From: Pseudomonadota bacterium
GTDB lineage: Bacteria > Desulfobacterota > Desulfobacteria > Desulfobacterales > RPRI01
Assembly: GCA_043825875.1 (NCBI GenBank)
Contig: JBDRRF010000057.1
Coordinates: forward strand, 24,240 to 88,239
Reading direction: 5' to 3'
DNA length: 64,000 nt
Below the pieces are notes generated by a model. The model saw nothing but the letters and a program-made list of their open reading frames with translations. It did not search any database and was not told the origin of the DNA. This document shows positions 1 through 10,188 of the stretch, in pieces (within the stretch, counting starts at the first letter, position 1; each line of letters starts with the position of its first letter). The translations under genes and the position numbers were made by a program.

Positions 1-1
1 A

Positions 2-199
2 GCCGACGAAGATTTAAAGGCTAAGCTGGCGGCCTTAAAAGATACTATGTCAAAAGAAAAAGAAGCGGCAATTAACCTGGAAATAAAAAAAGCAATTGAA
101 GAGTATTCAAAAAATGCTGAGGCTGAAAAAAAGACCGAATCCGAACAAGTCGAATCCCGAAAGGATGAATCTGCAGATATACCCAAGGAGGAAAAATAG
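2..199 (+). CDS. 3' end of a gene cut by the window edge; probably HmcB
   Basis: Open frame ADEDLKAKL...DIPKEEK ending TAG at 197-199, abutting the hmcC ATG; identity from gene order only. Confidence 0.5.
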   Translation, partial: ADEDLKAKLAALKDTMSKEKEAAINLEIKKAIEEYSKNAEAEKKTESEQVESRKDESADIPKEEK

Positions 200-1372
200 A
201 TGTCACAAGAAACGGCTGGTGCCGACAAATCCATTTTTACGCCTTTTAACATAATTGCCGGTATTATTATTATTGTGGGTTTAATAGTTACGGTTCTGCG
301 TTTCACAAAAGGCCTTGGAGCTGTCACAAATCTTGATAACAATAACCCATGGGGAATCTGGATAGGTTTTGACCTGCTTTGTGGTGTGGCTCTTGCGGCT
401 GGCGGTTATGTAACTTCAGCTTCTTGTTATATCTTCGGTTTAAAAAGATATCACTCTGCTGTAAGGCCTGCTATTCTTACCGCTTTTCTCGGGTATGCAT
501 TGGTTGTTTTGGCCTTGCATTATGATGTAGGCCGTCCATGGCGTTTGCCTTATCCGTTGTTTATCTCCCAGGGAACTACTTCTCTTTTATTTGAAGTAGC
601 CTTATGCGTATTTCTTTATCTTTCGGTACTATTTATCGAATACAGTCCGGCTGCCCTTGAATGGCTTGGCTTGAAAAAAATAAGAAAGATTGTAGTACGG
701 TTAACACTTGTTTTGACCATCTTCGGCGTTATTCTTTCAACACTGCACCAATCATCATTAGGGGCGCTCTTCATGATTGCACCATCCAAGCTTCATCCGC
801 TGTGGTACTCAAACTATCTGCCGGTTTACTTTTTTGTCTCAAGCATTTTCGCAGGTTTATCCATGGTAATATTTGAGGGCTCACTTGCGCATCGGCATTT
901 TCATCACAAGATGGATGAAACCCATCTTAAGGAAAGTAAAGATGTTACTCTCGGATTCGGCAAGGCAGCATCTTTTGTTATGATGGGATATGTTGCGGTT
1001 AAATTAATCGGTATATCAATTGATAACAACTGGCATTATCTTACTACAGGCTGGGGAGCATGGTATTTATTTGAACTGTTAGGTTTTGTAGCCCTTCCGG
1101 CTTTTATCTATGCCATAGCAGTCAGGGAAAAAAACCTGTATCTCATACGATGGGCATCATTAATTTCTGTTTTGGGAATTGTGTTGAACCGGCTGAATAT
1201 ATCTCTTGTAGCATTCAACTGGCAACTTCCTTCCGCCGAAAGATACTTTCCAAGTTGGTCTGAAATAACAATCTCGGTGTTTGTTGTAACCGTAGGTATT
1301 GTTGTCTACAGATTTATTGTAACACGGATGCCTATTTTTTATGAGCACCCGGATTATCAAAACGATCACTAA
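200..1372 (+). CDS. hmcC: NrfD/PsrC-family membrane subunit HmcC
   Basis: PWGIWIGFDLLCGVALAAGG, DVGRPWR and LHQSSLG NrfD motifs; many TM helices; operon context. Confidence 0.85.
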   Translation: MSQETAGADKSIFTPFNIIAGIIIIVGLIVTVLRFTKGLGAVTNLDNNNPWGIWIGFDLLCGVALAAGGYVTSASCYIFGLKRYHSAVRPAILTAFLGYALVVLALHYDVGRPWRLPYPLFISQGTTSLLFEVALCVFLYLSVLFIEYSPAALEWLGLKKIRKIVVRLTLVLTIFGVILSTLHQSSLGALFMIAPSKLHPLWYSNYLPVYFFVSSIFAGLSMVIFEGSLAHRHFHHKMDETHLKESKDVTLGFGKAASFVMMGYVAVKLIGISIDNNWHYLTTGWGAWYLFELLGFVALPAFIYAIAVREKNLYLIRWASLISVLGIVLNRLNISLVAFNWQLPSAERYFPSWSEITISVFVVTVGIVVYRFIVTRMPIFYEHPDYQNDH

Positions 1373-1391
1373 CTTTATAGGAATTATTGAG

Positions 1392-1535
1392 ATGCATACA
1401 ATATTTCATACACTTCACGATTTTTTGCTTCATTCAAAAAGCATCACATATATTCTGGTAGGAGGAATTCTGATCGGTTTGATGCTGTTCTGGTTTTTTC
1501 TTACCGGCAGAGATGAAAAAAAACGCACTTTTTAA
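1392..1535 (+). CDS. hmcD: Small membrane subunit HmcD (47 aa)
   Basis: MHTIFHTLHDFLLHSKSITYIL...FWFFLTGRDE; one TM; between hmcC and hmcE; internal ATG preferred over the track start. Confidence 0.7.
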   Translation: MHTIFHTLHDFLLHSKSITYILVGGILIGLMLFWFFLTGRDEKKRTF

Positions 1536-1544
1536 GGGTATCAT

Positions 1545-1606
1545 GGCGGCATAATAAAATGTCGCCCTACCGAATATGATTGTAGGGCGGGGTTTTATAC
1601 CCCGCC
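1545..1606. repeat. Back-to-back GTAG-type REP doublet
   Basis: GTAGGGCGGGGTTTTATACCCCGCC on + (1582-1606) and GTAGGGCGACATTTTATTATGCCGCC on - (1545-1570). Confidence 0.55.
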
Positions 1607-1626
1607 GATAGATAACGGAGGTACAT

Positions 1627-2304
1627 ATGTACGAATTTCTAACCGGGCCCATGTTCTGGTTATCCTTATGTATTTGCTTGATCGGCATGATTGTAAGGTT
1701 TGTACTCTATTTTAAAGGATTAAGCTGGCAGCTTGAGCGCGTAGCATATAAGGCATATCCGGTTCAGGGCTTTAAAGGAGCGCTAAAATCCATCTTCAAA
1801 TGGCTGATACCATTCGGAACACACGGCTGGCGTAAACAACCTTTTATGACTGTGATATTTTTCGGATTTCATATAGGAGCCGTTCTCATCCCTTTGTTTC
1901 TTTTGGCACATAACGTATTTTTAAAAGAAAAAATCGGAATATCTTTTATCACTTTAAATCCTGCGATTGCCGATATCTTATCCTGGTCTGTCATAGTATG
2001 TGCTTTTCTTCTTATCTTGAGAAGAATTTCTTTACCGGAAGTAAGAATTTTAACAACAGCATATGATTATTTTATTTTACTTTTATCCATAGCCCCATTT
2101 GCTACCGGTCTTATAGCAAGGTATCAAATCGGAGATTATTCTTTCTGGCTGACAACACATATTTTATGCGGAGAAGCACTATTAATTGCCATTCCTTTTA
2201 CAAAGCTTTCACATATAGTTCTTTTCTTTGCGTCAAGAGCTCAACTGGGAATGGATTATGCGATAAAACGTGGCGGAATGCAGGGAAAAGGCATGGCCTG
2301 GTAG
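1627..2304 (+). CDS. hmcE: NarI-like membrane cytochrome b HmcE
   Basis: MYEFLTGP start, TM histidines, IPFTKLSH motif; GGAGG RBS. Confidence 0.85.
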   Translation: MYEFLTGPMFWLSLCICLIGMIVRFVLYFKGLSWQLERVAYKAYPVQGFKGALKSIFKWLIPFGTHGWRKQPFMTVIFFGFHIGAVLIPLFLLAHNVFLKEKIGISFITLNPAIADILSWSVIVCAFLLILRRISLPEVRILTTAYDYFILLLSIAPFATGLIARYQIGDYSFWLTTHILCGEALLIAIPFTKLSHIVLFFASRAQLGMDYAIKRGGMQGKGMAW

Positions 2305-2348
2305 AAAAAATGAGGCATTGAAACTTAACAATTAAGGAGAAATAGCAA

Positions 2349-3737
2349 ATGCCTGAAGGAAAATTATGCAACAAAAAGCCCATTGAAACCGAAGAAGATC
2401 TCAAGACGCTTCTTAACGACACCAGTGGGAAACAATATTATGAAGAAATGAAATCGCTTGATGTGGATAGCGACCTTCTCTGGAAAACAATCGGCAATAC
2501 TCTTAAATCCAGAACAAAGACCTGGCTTGAGATTTGTGCCCATTGCGGCATGTGTGCCGACAGCTGTTTTCTTTACCTTGTTAATGATCGTGACCCCAAG
2601 CAGGTTCCCGCCTATAAAATACAATCCACTTTAGGTGAAATCGTTAAACGCAAAGGCAAGGTAGATAATGAATTCATGCATATGGTTATGGAAACCGCCT
2701 GGGCGAAATGTACTTGTTGTAATCGTTGCGGCATGTATTGCCCACATGGAATCGATATGGGGATTATGTTCAGCTACCTTAGAGGTTTGTGTTACCAGCA
2801 GGGTTTTGTCCCCTGGGAGTTGAAAATCGGCGCTGGCATGCATCGCGTTTACCGCGCACAAATGGATGTCACAGACGAAGATTTTGTTGAAACATTCAAG
2901 TGGATGGTAGAAGAATACGAGGAAGACTATCCCGGACTTGAGGTCCCTATTGATAAAGAAGGTGCCGATATTTTGTATACGGTTAATGCAAGAGAAGTTA
3001 AACACTACCCTGAGGATCTTGCGGAGGCTGCGGTTCTTTTTCATTTAGCAGGAGAAAACTGGACTGTTACTTCAAAAGGATGGGAACAAACCAGTCTGGC
3101 CATGTTTGCCGGAGACTGGGCCGCTTGTAAGATGCAGGTTGAAAGCGTTTACGATGCTATGGAAAGACTAAAGCCCAAAAGGATGATAGGAACTGAATGT
3201 GGCCATGCTCACAGGGCTACCGTAATAGAAGGGCCTTACTGGGCAGGAAGAAGCAATGGGAAACCGCCCGTTGAATCAATTCATTATGTGGAGTGGCTGG
3301 CTGAAGCACTGAGGAAAGGCAGGCTTAAAATTGATCCGGCAAAACGCATCAAGAAAAAAGTCACCCTTCAGGATTCGTGCAATTATATACGCAACCACGG
3401 TTTAAAAGAAATAACGCGTGAGATTATTAGTTATATAGTCGAACCCGGATATTTTATAGATATGTCGCCGAACATGGAACACAATTATTGCTGCGGTGGC
3501 GGTGGCGGTTTTAACGGAATTGGTTTATTCAGACCTCAAAGAAATAAAGCTCTGATTACCAAAAGAGACCAGATAATAAACACCGGTGCCGAATTGGTAA
3601 TAGCGCCGTGTCACAATTGCTGGGATGCAATCAGGGATCTTGAAGAAGAATATAAGATCGGCATCAAATGGTCTTTTTTAAAACCATTGGTTATCAGTAT
3701 GGTCGAAATTCCTGAACATCTTAAACCAGAAGAATAA
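2349..3737 (+). CDS. hmcF: HdrD-like Fe-S/CCG protein HmcF
   Basis: [29 protein letters not shown] motifs; [12 protein letters not shown]-terminus. Confidence 0.88.
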   Translation: MPEGKLCNKKPIETEEDLKTLLNDTSGKQYYEEMKSLDVDSDLLWKTIGNTLKSRTKTWLEICAHCGMCADSCFLYLVNDRDPKQVPAYKIQSTLGEIVKRKGKVDNEFMHMVMETAWAKCTCCNRCGMYCPHGIDMGIMFSYLRGLCYQQGFVPWELKIGAGMHRVYRAQMDVTDEDFVETFKWMVEEYEEDYPGLEVPIDKEGADILYTVNAREVKHYPEDLAEAAVLFHLAGENWTVTSKGWEQTSLAMFAGDWAACKMQVESVYDAMERLKPKRMIGTECGHAHRATVIEGPYWAGRSNGKPPVESIHYVEWLAEALRKGRLKIDPAKRIKKKVTLQDSCNYIRNHGLKEITREIISYIVEPGYFIDMSPNMEHNYCCGGGGGFNGIGLFRPQRNKALITKRDQIINTGAELVIAPCHNCWDAIRDLEEEYKIGIKWSFLKPLVISMVEIPEHLKPEE

Positions 3738-3776
3738 TATAGTACATCCCAAAATCCTATGATGATGAGGTGAATC

Positions 3777-4676
3777 ATGTTTAAAAAGATTTTGTTTGCC
3801 ACATCCGCAACTGAAGCGAGTGATCATGCTGCAAGAGTGGCCTTTAATATGGCACAAACATATGATGCAAACATTTGTATTTTCCATGTTCTGGGAGTTC
3901 CAACCCGCGGTTTCAGCCAAATAGTAATGGATGTTAAAACCAAAGAAAAGGTTGAAATCGATGATGAATACATTGCCTGGGTCAAAGAAGAAATCAAAAT
4001 TTATTATTCCAAACAACTCGAAAAGGCGAAATCCTATGATATTAAAGTTGCCATTGGTTTCCCTCATCGTGAAATTTTAAGAGAAGCCAGATCCTCTTCT
4101 CCGGATTTAATTGTTTTAGGGGGCAGCACCGGGAATGAAGACGATTCGGTTTATAAAAAAAGTATAGTCGGAACCACGCTTCAACGGGTTGCTAAAGTTG
4201 CGCCGTGCCCTCTTCTTGTCGTAAACCGGCCTGCTGCATCCTTCTGGGGCGGAATATCTAAAATTGTTTTCGGTACGGATTTTTCAAAAGCATCAGACTC
4301 AGCCTTTAAATTTGCAGTCAAGCTGGCAAAGAATATCGGATGTGAACTTCATATTTTTCATGCGCTAGATATCAGTAATATGCACATGGGAAGACTCCTA
4401 ACTCAAGATGAAATTGAATCACAAATAAGAGAATCTCTAAGACGCATTAGGGGACGCTATGTTGATGCTATGGAAGGAATAAAGGATTACACTTTTGATG
4501 TCTGGGAAGGGTTGCCCTATATTGAAATCGTAAAATATGCGCGTGAAAAGCATGCTGATCTTATTATCATGGCTCATCATACCCAAAAAACATCAAAGGA
4601 AGATGCAAGGCTTGGAAGTAATATCGAACAGGTGATTGTCAGAGCCGGATGTCCGGTCATCAGCATTAACAGATAA
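3777..4676 (+). CDS. Tandem-domain universal stress protein
   Basis: Two USP domains (KKILFAT...CPLLVV; KIVFGTDFS...GCPVISI). Confidence 0.9.
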   Translation: MFKKILFATSATEASDHAARVAFNMAQTYDANICIFHVLGVPTRGFSQIVMDVKTKEKVEIDDEYIAWVKEEIKIYYSKQLEKAKSYDIKVAIGFPHREILREARSSSPDLIVLGGSTGNEDDSVYKKSIVGTTLQRVAKVAPCPLLVVNRPAASFWGGISKIVFGTDFSKASDSAFKFAVKLAKNIGCELHIFHALDISNMHMGRLLTQDEIESQIRESLRRIRGRYVDAMEGIKDYTFDVWEGLPYIEIVKYAREKHADLIIMAHHTQKTSKEDARLGSNIEQVIVRAGCPVISINR

Positions 4677-4703
4677 AACTTTACAGTAAAAAGAGAGGAT
4701 TTA

Positions 4704-5054
4704 ATGAAAAAAATACTTATTGTTGATGATGACCCCAATATTGTCGAATACCTTACCACACTTTTTGAAGACAATGGTTATGCAACTTTTACAGCGCACA
4801 GTGTTAAGGAAGCTATGGAAACAGCCAGAAAAGAAATTCCTGATCTTATTACCCTTGATCTGGAAATGCCGGAAGAGTGGGGCCCCCGTTTTTACAGGAA
4901 ATTATCGCAGGAAAAAAATCTGAAGAATATACCTGTAATTGTTATCAGTGGTCTGTCTGGCAGTAGTCACGCAATCGCCAAAGCAGTTGCATGCCTGCAA
5001 AAACCATTTGACAGGGATGAGTTGTTAAAAATCGTTAAAGAAAATCTTAAATGA
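4704..5054 (+). CDS. Single-domain response regulator (DVU0259/DivK-like)
   Basis: ILIVDDD, LDLEMPEEWGPRFYR, KPF motifs. Confidence 0.85.
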   Translation: MKKILIVDDDPNIVEYLTTLFEDNGYATFTAHSVKEAMETARKEIPDLITLDLEMPEEWGPRFYRKLSQEKNLKNIPVIVISGLSGSSHAIAKAVACLQKPFDRDELLKIVKENLK

Positions 5055-5090
5055 AACAACTTTTCCGCCAATGTACGTACAAATAACAGT

Positions 5091-6575
5091 ATGGCAAACG
5101 AAATACTGATCATAGATAAAGACATCAGTCATGCTAACGCTTTAGGAATATACCTGAAGCGGAAGAAGATGCATGTTTATACAGCAAACAACAGTGATGA
5201 TATTTTAAAGCTGTTTGACAGGGTAAACATAAAAATCATACTAGCCGATCCCTCCTGCCCTGATAATAATTTTGTCAGTATTCTTAAAAAGATAAAAAAA
5301 ACTCACCCCCATGTTCAAATTATTATTATGGCAACACCGGAAGAATTTGATTCCGCCATGGCATATCTTAAAAATGAAGCAGTTCACTGCATGTTCAAGC
5401 CCGTAAAGAGCATCATGCTTGATATGGCCTTGAAACAGGCAAAGACCTGGGTTTCTGTAAACAAAAAGCTTTTAAGTTATGAAAAAAAGCTCAACGCTTT
5501 TAAACAGGCGCAAAATCTTTTTCAGCAGCTTTTCGATGAAATACCTTGCTATGTCTCAGTACAGGACAAGAATTTCCGCCTCACTGCTACAAATAAAATG
5601 TTCAAGCGAGATTTTGGTGATGAAATCGGGTCTCATTGTTATGAAGTATACAAACACAGAGGAGCACCTTGCGAACAATGCCCCGTTTCGGATACATTCG
5701 AAGATGCCTTATCCCACTCTACCGAAGAAGTAGTAACATCCAAATCAGGAAAGCAGTATAATGTTATTACATGGACTGCTCCAATAAAGGATTCGCACGG
5801 ACAAATAACACAGGTTATTGAAATATCGACAAACATCACACAAATCAGGCAATTGCAGGATCATTTGATATCACTCGGACTGATGATCGGTTCCATGTCT
5901 CACGGCATAAAGGGAATGCTAACTGCCCTGGATGGCGGTATTTATCAGCTTGAAACCGGGCTGGCAAGCCAGGACATGAAACGAACAAATAGGGCATTTG
6001 ACCAGATTAAACAGATGGCTGGCAGAATCCGAAAAATGGTTCTCGAAATACTATATTATGCAAAATCGAGAGAGCTGGTATATAAAAATGTTGAGATTGA
6101 AAAAATGGCCAAAAAAGCTGCTGAAGATGGAATGGCCATAGCTATAAAAAATGGTATCCGCCTTAAATTGAAAATTGCCCCATCATTGGGAACTATTGAG
6201 GTTGATCCTAACTGGATACATGCAACTCTCGTTAATCTTCTTGAAAATGCTATCGATGCATGTATATATGACCGCAGCAAAAATAAGCATTTTGTTAAAT
6301 TTGATGTATTTGAAAAATCACCTGACCAACTATGCTTTATAATTAAAGATAATGGTATGGGTATGGATCAGGAAACCAAAGAAAAAATGTTTACGCTCTT
6401 TTTTACTTCAAAGGGTTCTCAGGGAACCGGATTGGGTTTGTTTATAGCAAATCGTGTTATTTACCAACATGGCGGTACTATCGAAGTCAAATCAGAACCC
6501 GGAAAAGGGTCATGCTTTACGATCATATTACCGAGGAAGAAGCCGGAACTATTCCCCATAGTTTATTTTCCATAA
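5091..6575 (+). CDS. Hybrid histidine kinase (degenerate REC, PAS, HisKA, HATPase)
   Basis: SMSHGIKG H-box, NLLENAIDA, DNGMG, GTGLGL; Cys-rich PAS (CY...PCEQCP). Confidence 0.9.
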   Translation: MANEILIIDKDISHANALGIYLKRKKMHVYTANNSDDILKLFDRVNIKIILADPSCPDNNFVSILKKIKKTHPHVQIIIMATPEEFDSAMAYLKNEAVHCMFKPVKSIMLDMALKQAKTWVSVNKKLLSYEKKLNAFKQAQNLFQQLFDEIPCYVSVQDKNFRLTATNKMFKRDFGDEIGSHCYEVYKHRGAPCEQCPVSDTFEDALSHSTEEVVTSKSGKQYNVITWTAPIKDSHGQITQVIEISTNITQIRQLQDHLISLGLMIGSMSHGIKGMLTALDGGIYQLETGLASQDMKRTNRAFDQIKQMAGRIRKMVLEILYYAKSRELVYKNVEIEKMAKKAAEDGMAIAIKNGIRLKLKIAPSLGTIEVDPNWIHATLVNLLENAIDACIYDRSKNKHFVKFDVFEKSPDQLCFIIKDNGMGMDQETKEKMFTLFFTSKGSQGTGLGLFIANRVIYQHGGTIEVKSEPGKGSCFTIILPRKKPELFPIVYFP

Positions 6576-6596
6576 AAAAAAAGTGATAATTATAAG

Positions 6597-7076
6597 ATGA
6601 GATTAACAACAAAAAGCAGATATGGCACACGCCTTATTCTCGATCTTGCTATTTATGCAAAGGAACATCCTGTCCCTTTAAGTGATATAGCAAGACGTCA
6701 GAATATTTCTTTAAAATACCTTGAACATTTGATCAAAAAACTAAAAGATGCGGGTTTAATAAAAAGCCGGAGAGGACCTTTTGGCGGGCACATGTTGAAG
6801 AAGTCACCAGATAAAATTACAGTTGGTGATATTGTTCGAACACTTGAGGGAACGGCCGCTATCACTGACTGTGCTGAAACGGAAGACAAACTTTGCGGTG
6901 TGTGTAACATGGCAGGCGATTGTCTCTCCCGTTGGGTTTGGATTGAAGCCAGCAAGGCAATATTTAACCGCCTTGATGAAATAACTATAGGAAACTTAAT
7001 ATCAGGCAAGAAAAAGCAGATAGATGAAGCAAGGAAATACAGAGAAGAACTTAAAAATAACAAAAAAAAGAAATGA
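6597..7076 (+). CDS. Rrf2-family transcriptional regulator
   Basis: MRLTTKSRYG, SRRGPFGG, three Cys. Confidence 0.92.
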   Translation: MRLTTKSRYGTRLILDLAIYAKEHPVPLSDIARRQNISLKYLEHLIKKLKDAGLIKSRRGPFGGHMLKKSPDKITVGDIVRTLEGTAAITDCAETEDKLCGVCNMAGDCLSRWVWIEASKAIFNRLDEITIGNLISGKKKQIDEARKYREELKNNKKKK

Positions 7077-7117
7077 TGCTTTTAATAACTATCAAAAATT
7101 TTAAGGATCCAACAAAA

Positions 7118-7152
7118 AAATCCCGTTAGGAATCAGTTTCCTAACGGGATTT
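7118..7152. terminator. Bidirectional intrinsic terminator
   Basis: 15-bp stem AAATCCCGTTAGGAA/TTCCTAACGGGATTT between convergent genes. Confidence 0.8.
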
Positions 7153-7179
7153 AAATTAACAACAAATGTTTTTGATCAT

Positions 7180-7506
7180 TTATGAAAATCTTGCAGACCT
7201 GGGTGCTTTTCCTGCAAGAGGATTATAAATTTTCATAATTGCAAATTTCATAACATCTAAAGTCTTCATATCGGTTACAATGCCAAAAAGAGTATTTTCG
7301 GCACCTTCAGGAATAGTACAACCATTGGATGCGTCAAAAGCTAAATCAGGAAAACCTTTGACAAGTTTTTTATGTTCTTTGGCGCTAAAAGGCACTTGGA
7401 CTGCCTTCTTGCCATCTATCTCTGTAATCTCTCCGGACAACCCGGCTTCTTCAATTTTTTTTAATTTTTCATCATCCAAAATAATGTTGATAGTATAATC
7501 CGCCAT
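7180..7506 (-). CDS. Hypothetical protein (108 aa)
   Basis: AGGAGG RBS, clean ORF ending at the terminator. Confidence 0.75.
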   Translation of the reverse strand: MADYTINIILDDEKLKKIEEAGLSGEITEIDGKKAVQVPFSAKEHKKLVKGFPDLAFDASNGCTIPEGAENTLFGIVTDMKTLDVMKFAIMKIYNPLAGKAPRSARFS

Positions 7507-7679
7507 TCAAATAACCTCCTGTTAAATTTACTGATATTTTTATTAAATAATCCTCAATACATTTATATAAACGAATACCCATGATTTTAAAAAATTTTGG
7601 AAGGTGTATTATATCATACTATTTTTGTCAAGAATCTTATCTTGAAAACAGGCAATCATTAAACCCTTTAAAATTTTAA

Positions 7680-8849
7680 CTATCTTGATTTTGTGCTAAA
7701 TTTTGTGCCAAAAATTCTATATAAAACAAAAATCATTCCCCCCGCAAAAGCTATTAAGCTGCTTAAGCCAAAAAGTGCATATGAACCTGCTTTTTCGTAA
7801 AGCCACCCGCTCAAAAAAAATCCAACCATCAGCCCAAGCCCGTAAGTAACTGCATTGTTTAGTGCCTGGCCAAGAGTCTTGGTTTCATTGGAAGTCATGG
7901 AATCGATATACAGAAGGCCTGATATATGAAACGCAGCGTAAGTAAACGCATGCAAGGTCTGAGATAAAAGAATAATAACAGGAGATACCGCCAGAGAAAG
8001 AATCAACCACCTTAACACCGCTACGGCAAACGCAAAAATAATAACCGAATTGATTGTAAAATTCTTAAAAATTCTGTTTGAATTTATCATTACAAGGATT
8101 TCCGCCATTGAAGCCAAGCCCCAGGCAGCCCCTATAAATGTACGGTCATATCCAAGATTTTCAAGATGTATAGAAAAAAAGCCATAATACATTCCATGAC
8201 TTACAAGCATTAAAAAAGCGCTTACAAGAAAAATTATTACCTCTTTTTTTCTTAAAAGTGTTATTGCCTCATGGTAGAAAGGCTTCTTATTTAGAGGTTT
8301 TACTTCCGGAATTTTGATTGCAAAAGCAGCTTGTATTGCTGAACCTGCAAAAATAAAAAGAAGAATTATTCTTATAGGATAAATATCAAGAACTTTTCCC
8401 AATATAAATACAGTTACAATAAAAGCTATAGTACCCCATACTCTGATACTGCCATATTTCTTCTTTCTTTTTCCAAGGATGTCTATTGTGAAGGCTTCAA
8501 GGAAAGATATTATAGGAGCATAAAATGCGGTATAGCAAACTGTAATTATGAGCATTGCCCAGAAGTCTGAAGTTAAAAAATAAAAACACCAGATTGCAGC
8601 GCTAGTAAAATGGCATAAAAGATATATTTTTTTTCTTGTCTGAAAACGGTCTGCAAGTGCTCCCATCAAAAGAGGCGATATAATCATTATAACGGATCTT
8701 GAAGCTGATAATGCACCTATCTGAAAACCTGTAAACCCAAGTTTGTAACAATACAGGTTAAAATAGGGTAAAAATGCCCCCATTACACCGAAATATAAAA
8801 AGTACTGTGAAGCAAGGATATATCTGTCTTTAGGAGAGGATTCAGTCAT
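7680..8849 (-). CDS. MFS transporter (HcaT/MFS_1-like)
   Basis: About 12 TM helices, GALADR and YGSIRVWGT motifs. Confidence 0.85.
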   Translation of the reverse strand: MTESSPKDRYILASQYFLYFGVMGAFLPYFNLYCYKLGFTGFQIGALSASRSVIMIISPLLMGALADRFQTRKKIYLLCHFTSAAIWCFYFLTSDFWAMLIITVCYTAFYAPIISFLEAFTIDILGKRKKKYGSIRVWGTIAFIVTVFILGKVLDIYPIRIILLFIFAGSAIQAAFAIKIPEVKPLNKKPFYHEAITLLRKKEVIIFLVSAFLMLVSHGMYYGFFSIHLENLGYDRTFIGAAWGLASMAEILVMINSNRIFKNFTINSVIIFAFAVAVLRWLILSLAVSPVIILLSQTLHAFTYAAFHISGLLYIDSMTSNETKTLGQALNNAVTYGLGLMVGFFLSGWLYEKAGSYALFGLSSLIAFAGGMIFVLYRIFGTKFSTKSR

Positions 8850-8970
8850 AGTTATTTAATACGATATTTGGAGGAAAACTTCAAATGAATATGAGTTGAT
8901 TAGCAAATTTATACCGTATGAACGTTTTTGTTTTTCGATTTAATAAGAAAGGTAAAGGCGTAAATAAGTC

Positions 8971-9006
8971 AAAAAAAAGGAGAGCCGGCTATTGGCTGGC
9001 TCTCCT
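8971..9006 (-). terminator. Intrinsic terminator of hsp20
   Basis: AGGAGAGCC...GGCTCTCCT stem followed by a T run on the minus strand. Confidence 0.8.
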
Positions 9007-9022
9007 GAATGTATTTACAATA

Positions 9023-9472
9023 TTAATCTACTTTTACTAAAACTTGTTTCGGTTTATCTTCTTCAGGCTTAGGAATTTCCACTTTTAAAATTCCATCCTT
9101 AAATGTAGCCTTTATTTTATCCGAATTCACAGCAGAAGGTAAAGTAAACGCTCTGTAAAATGATCCGTAACTACTTTCTTTGCGATAGTAGTTTTCTTTA
9201 TTTATTTCTTTATCTTTAACTCTCTCGCCTTTTATAGAAACAATATTATCCTTAATCTCAACAGATACCTCTTTCTTATTTACTCCGGGAAGCTCTGCTT
9301 TTATGACTAAGGAATCTTCATCATCATAAATATCCACTACAGGTTTCCAAGTATAAAGATTCATATCATCTTCAACATCTTTTGAACGCACAACATCATC
9401 AAAAATTCGATTTATGCGGTCCTGAAGACTTGTCATACTTGTAAATGGAGTCCATCTTACAATTTGTGTCAT
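9023..9472 (-). CDS. Hsp20/alpha-crystallin protein
   Basis: PVVDIYD, AELPGV, YGSFYRAFTLP, ATFKDGILKVEIPK; GAGGAGG RBS before ATG 9472. Confidence 0.93.
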   Translation of the reverse strand: MTQIVRWTPFTSMTSLQDRINRIFDDVVRSKDVEDDMNLYTWKPVVDIYDDEDSLVIKAELPGVNKKEVSVEIKDNIVSIKGERVKDKEINKENYYRKESSYGSFYRAFTLPSAVNSDKIKATFKDGILKVEIPKPEEDKPKQVLVKVD

Positions 9473-9656
9473 AATAACACCTCCTCTTATCATTTAGCCA
9501 ATAATTATTAATTAAAATAAGTGGCTCTCCTTTTTGCTAAAAAGTTAATCACAAGTTTTTTCTTGTCAAGAGGTATCTCAAAGTTGTAATTTATAAAATG
9601 ATTGTTATTATTTTCCTGTAATATAAAATTTAAGCGTTATAAATCAGGAGCCGAAA

Positions 9657-10103
9657 ATGGATTATATCAAAATAAAATTTGGCAATGATTACGGAATGTT
9701 TAATCCGGAACACAAAAAAACTATTGAAGACATATTCCAATCGATAAGCCCTATGTTTTCTTTCTATGAACGTTCGTGGAAACCCCCGATGGATATTTAT
9801 GAAACCGTCAAGGAAGTTGTGGTTATTGCCGAAATCGCCGGGATTAACAAAGATACTCTTGAAGTAGAGATCAGCAGCATGGCACTTAAGATAAAAGGAA
9901 CGCGCAATGAACTTCCGCGTACTGAGAATACAACATTCAGGCTTGCAGAAATACAATACGGAACCTTTGAGCGGATACTCTATTTTCCTGTTCCTGTAGA
10001 TACTGAAAACGTTTTGGCATCTTACGCAAATGGTTTTTTACATATAAAACTTGCCAAAATATCAACTAACAGAACATATAAGGTTTCTATTGTTGATGGA
10101 TAA
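9657..10103 (+). CDS. Hsp20 family protein upstream of lon
   Basis: PPMDIYET, AEIAG, EIQYGTFER, ASYANGFL. Confidence 0.88.
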   Translation: MDYIKIKFGNDYGMFNPEHKKTIEDIFQSISPMFSFYERSWKPPMDIYETVKEVVVIAEIAGINKDTLEVEISSMALKIKGTRNELPRTENTTFRLAEIQYGTFERILYFPVPVDTENVLASYANGFLHIKLAKISTNRTYKVSIVDG

Positions 10104-10188
10104 TTTTAACGTTTTTTTCTAATCCGGTTTTCAAACTTAATTTATCCCTGTTTTTTAAAATTATTCATAGAGTCGCTTGGAGGTATCA

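Noticed and set aside
9494..9656. CIRCE operator between the hsp20 genes
   Set aside because: Only a TTAGCA fragment; no TTAGCACTC-N9-GAGTGCTAA
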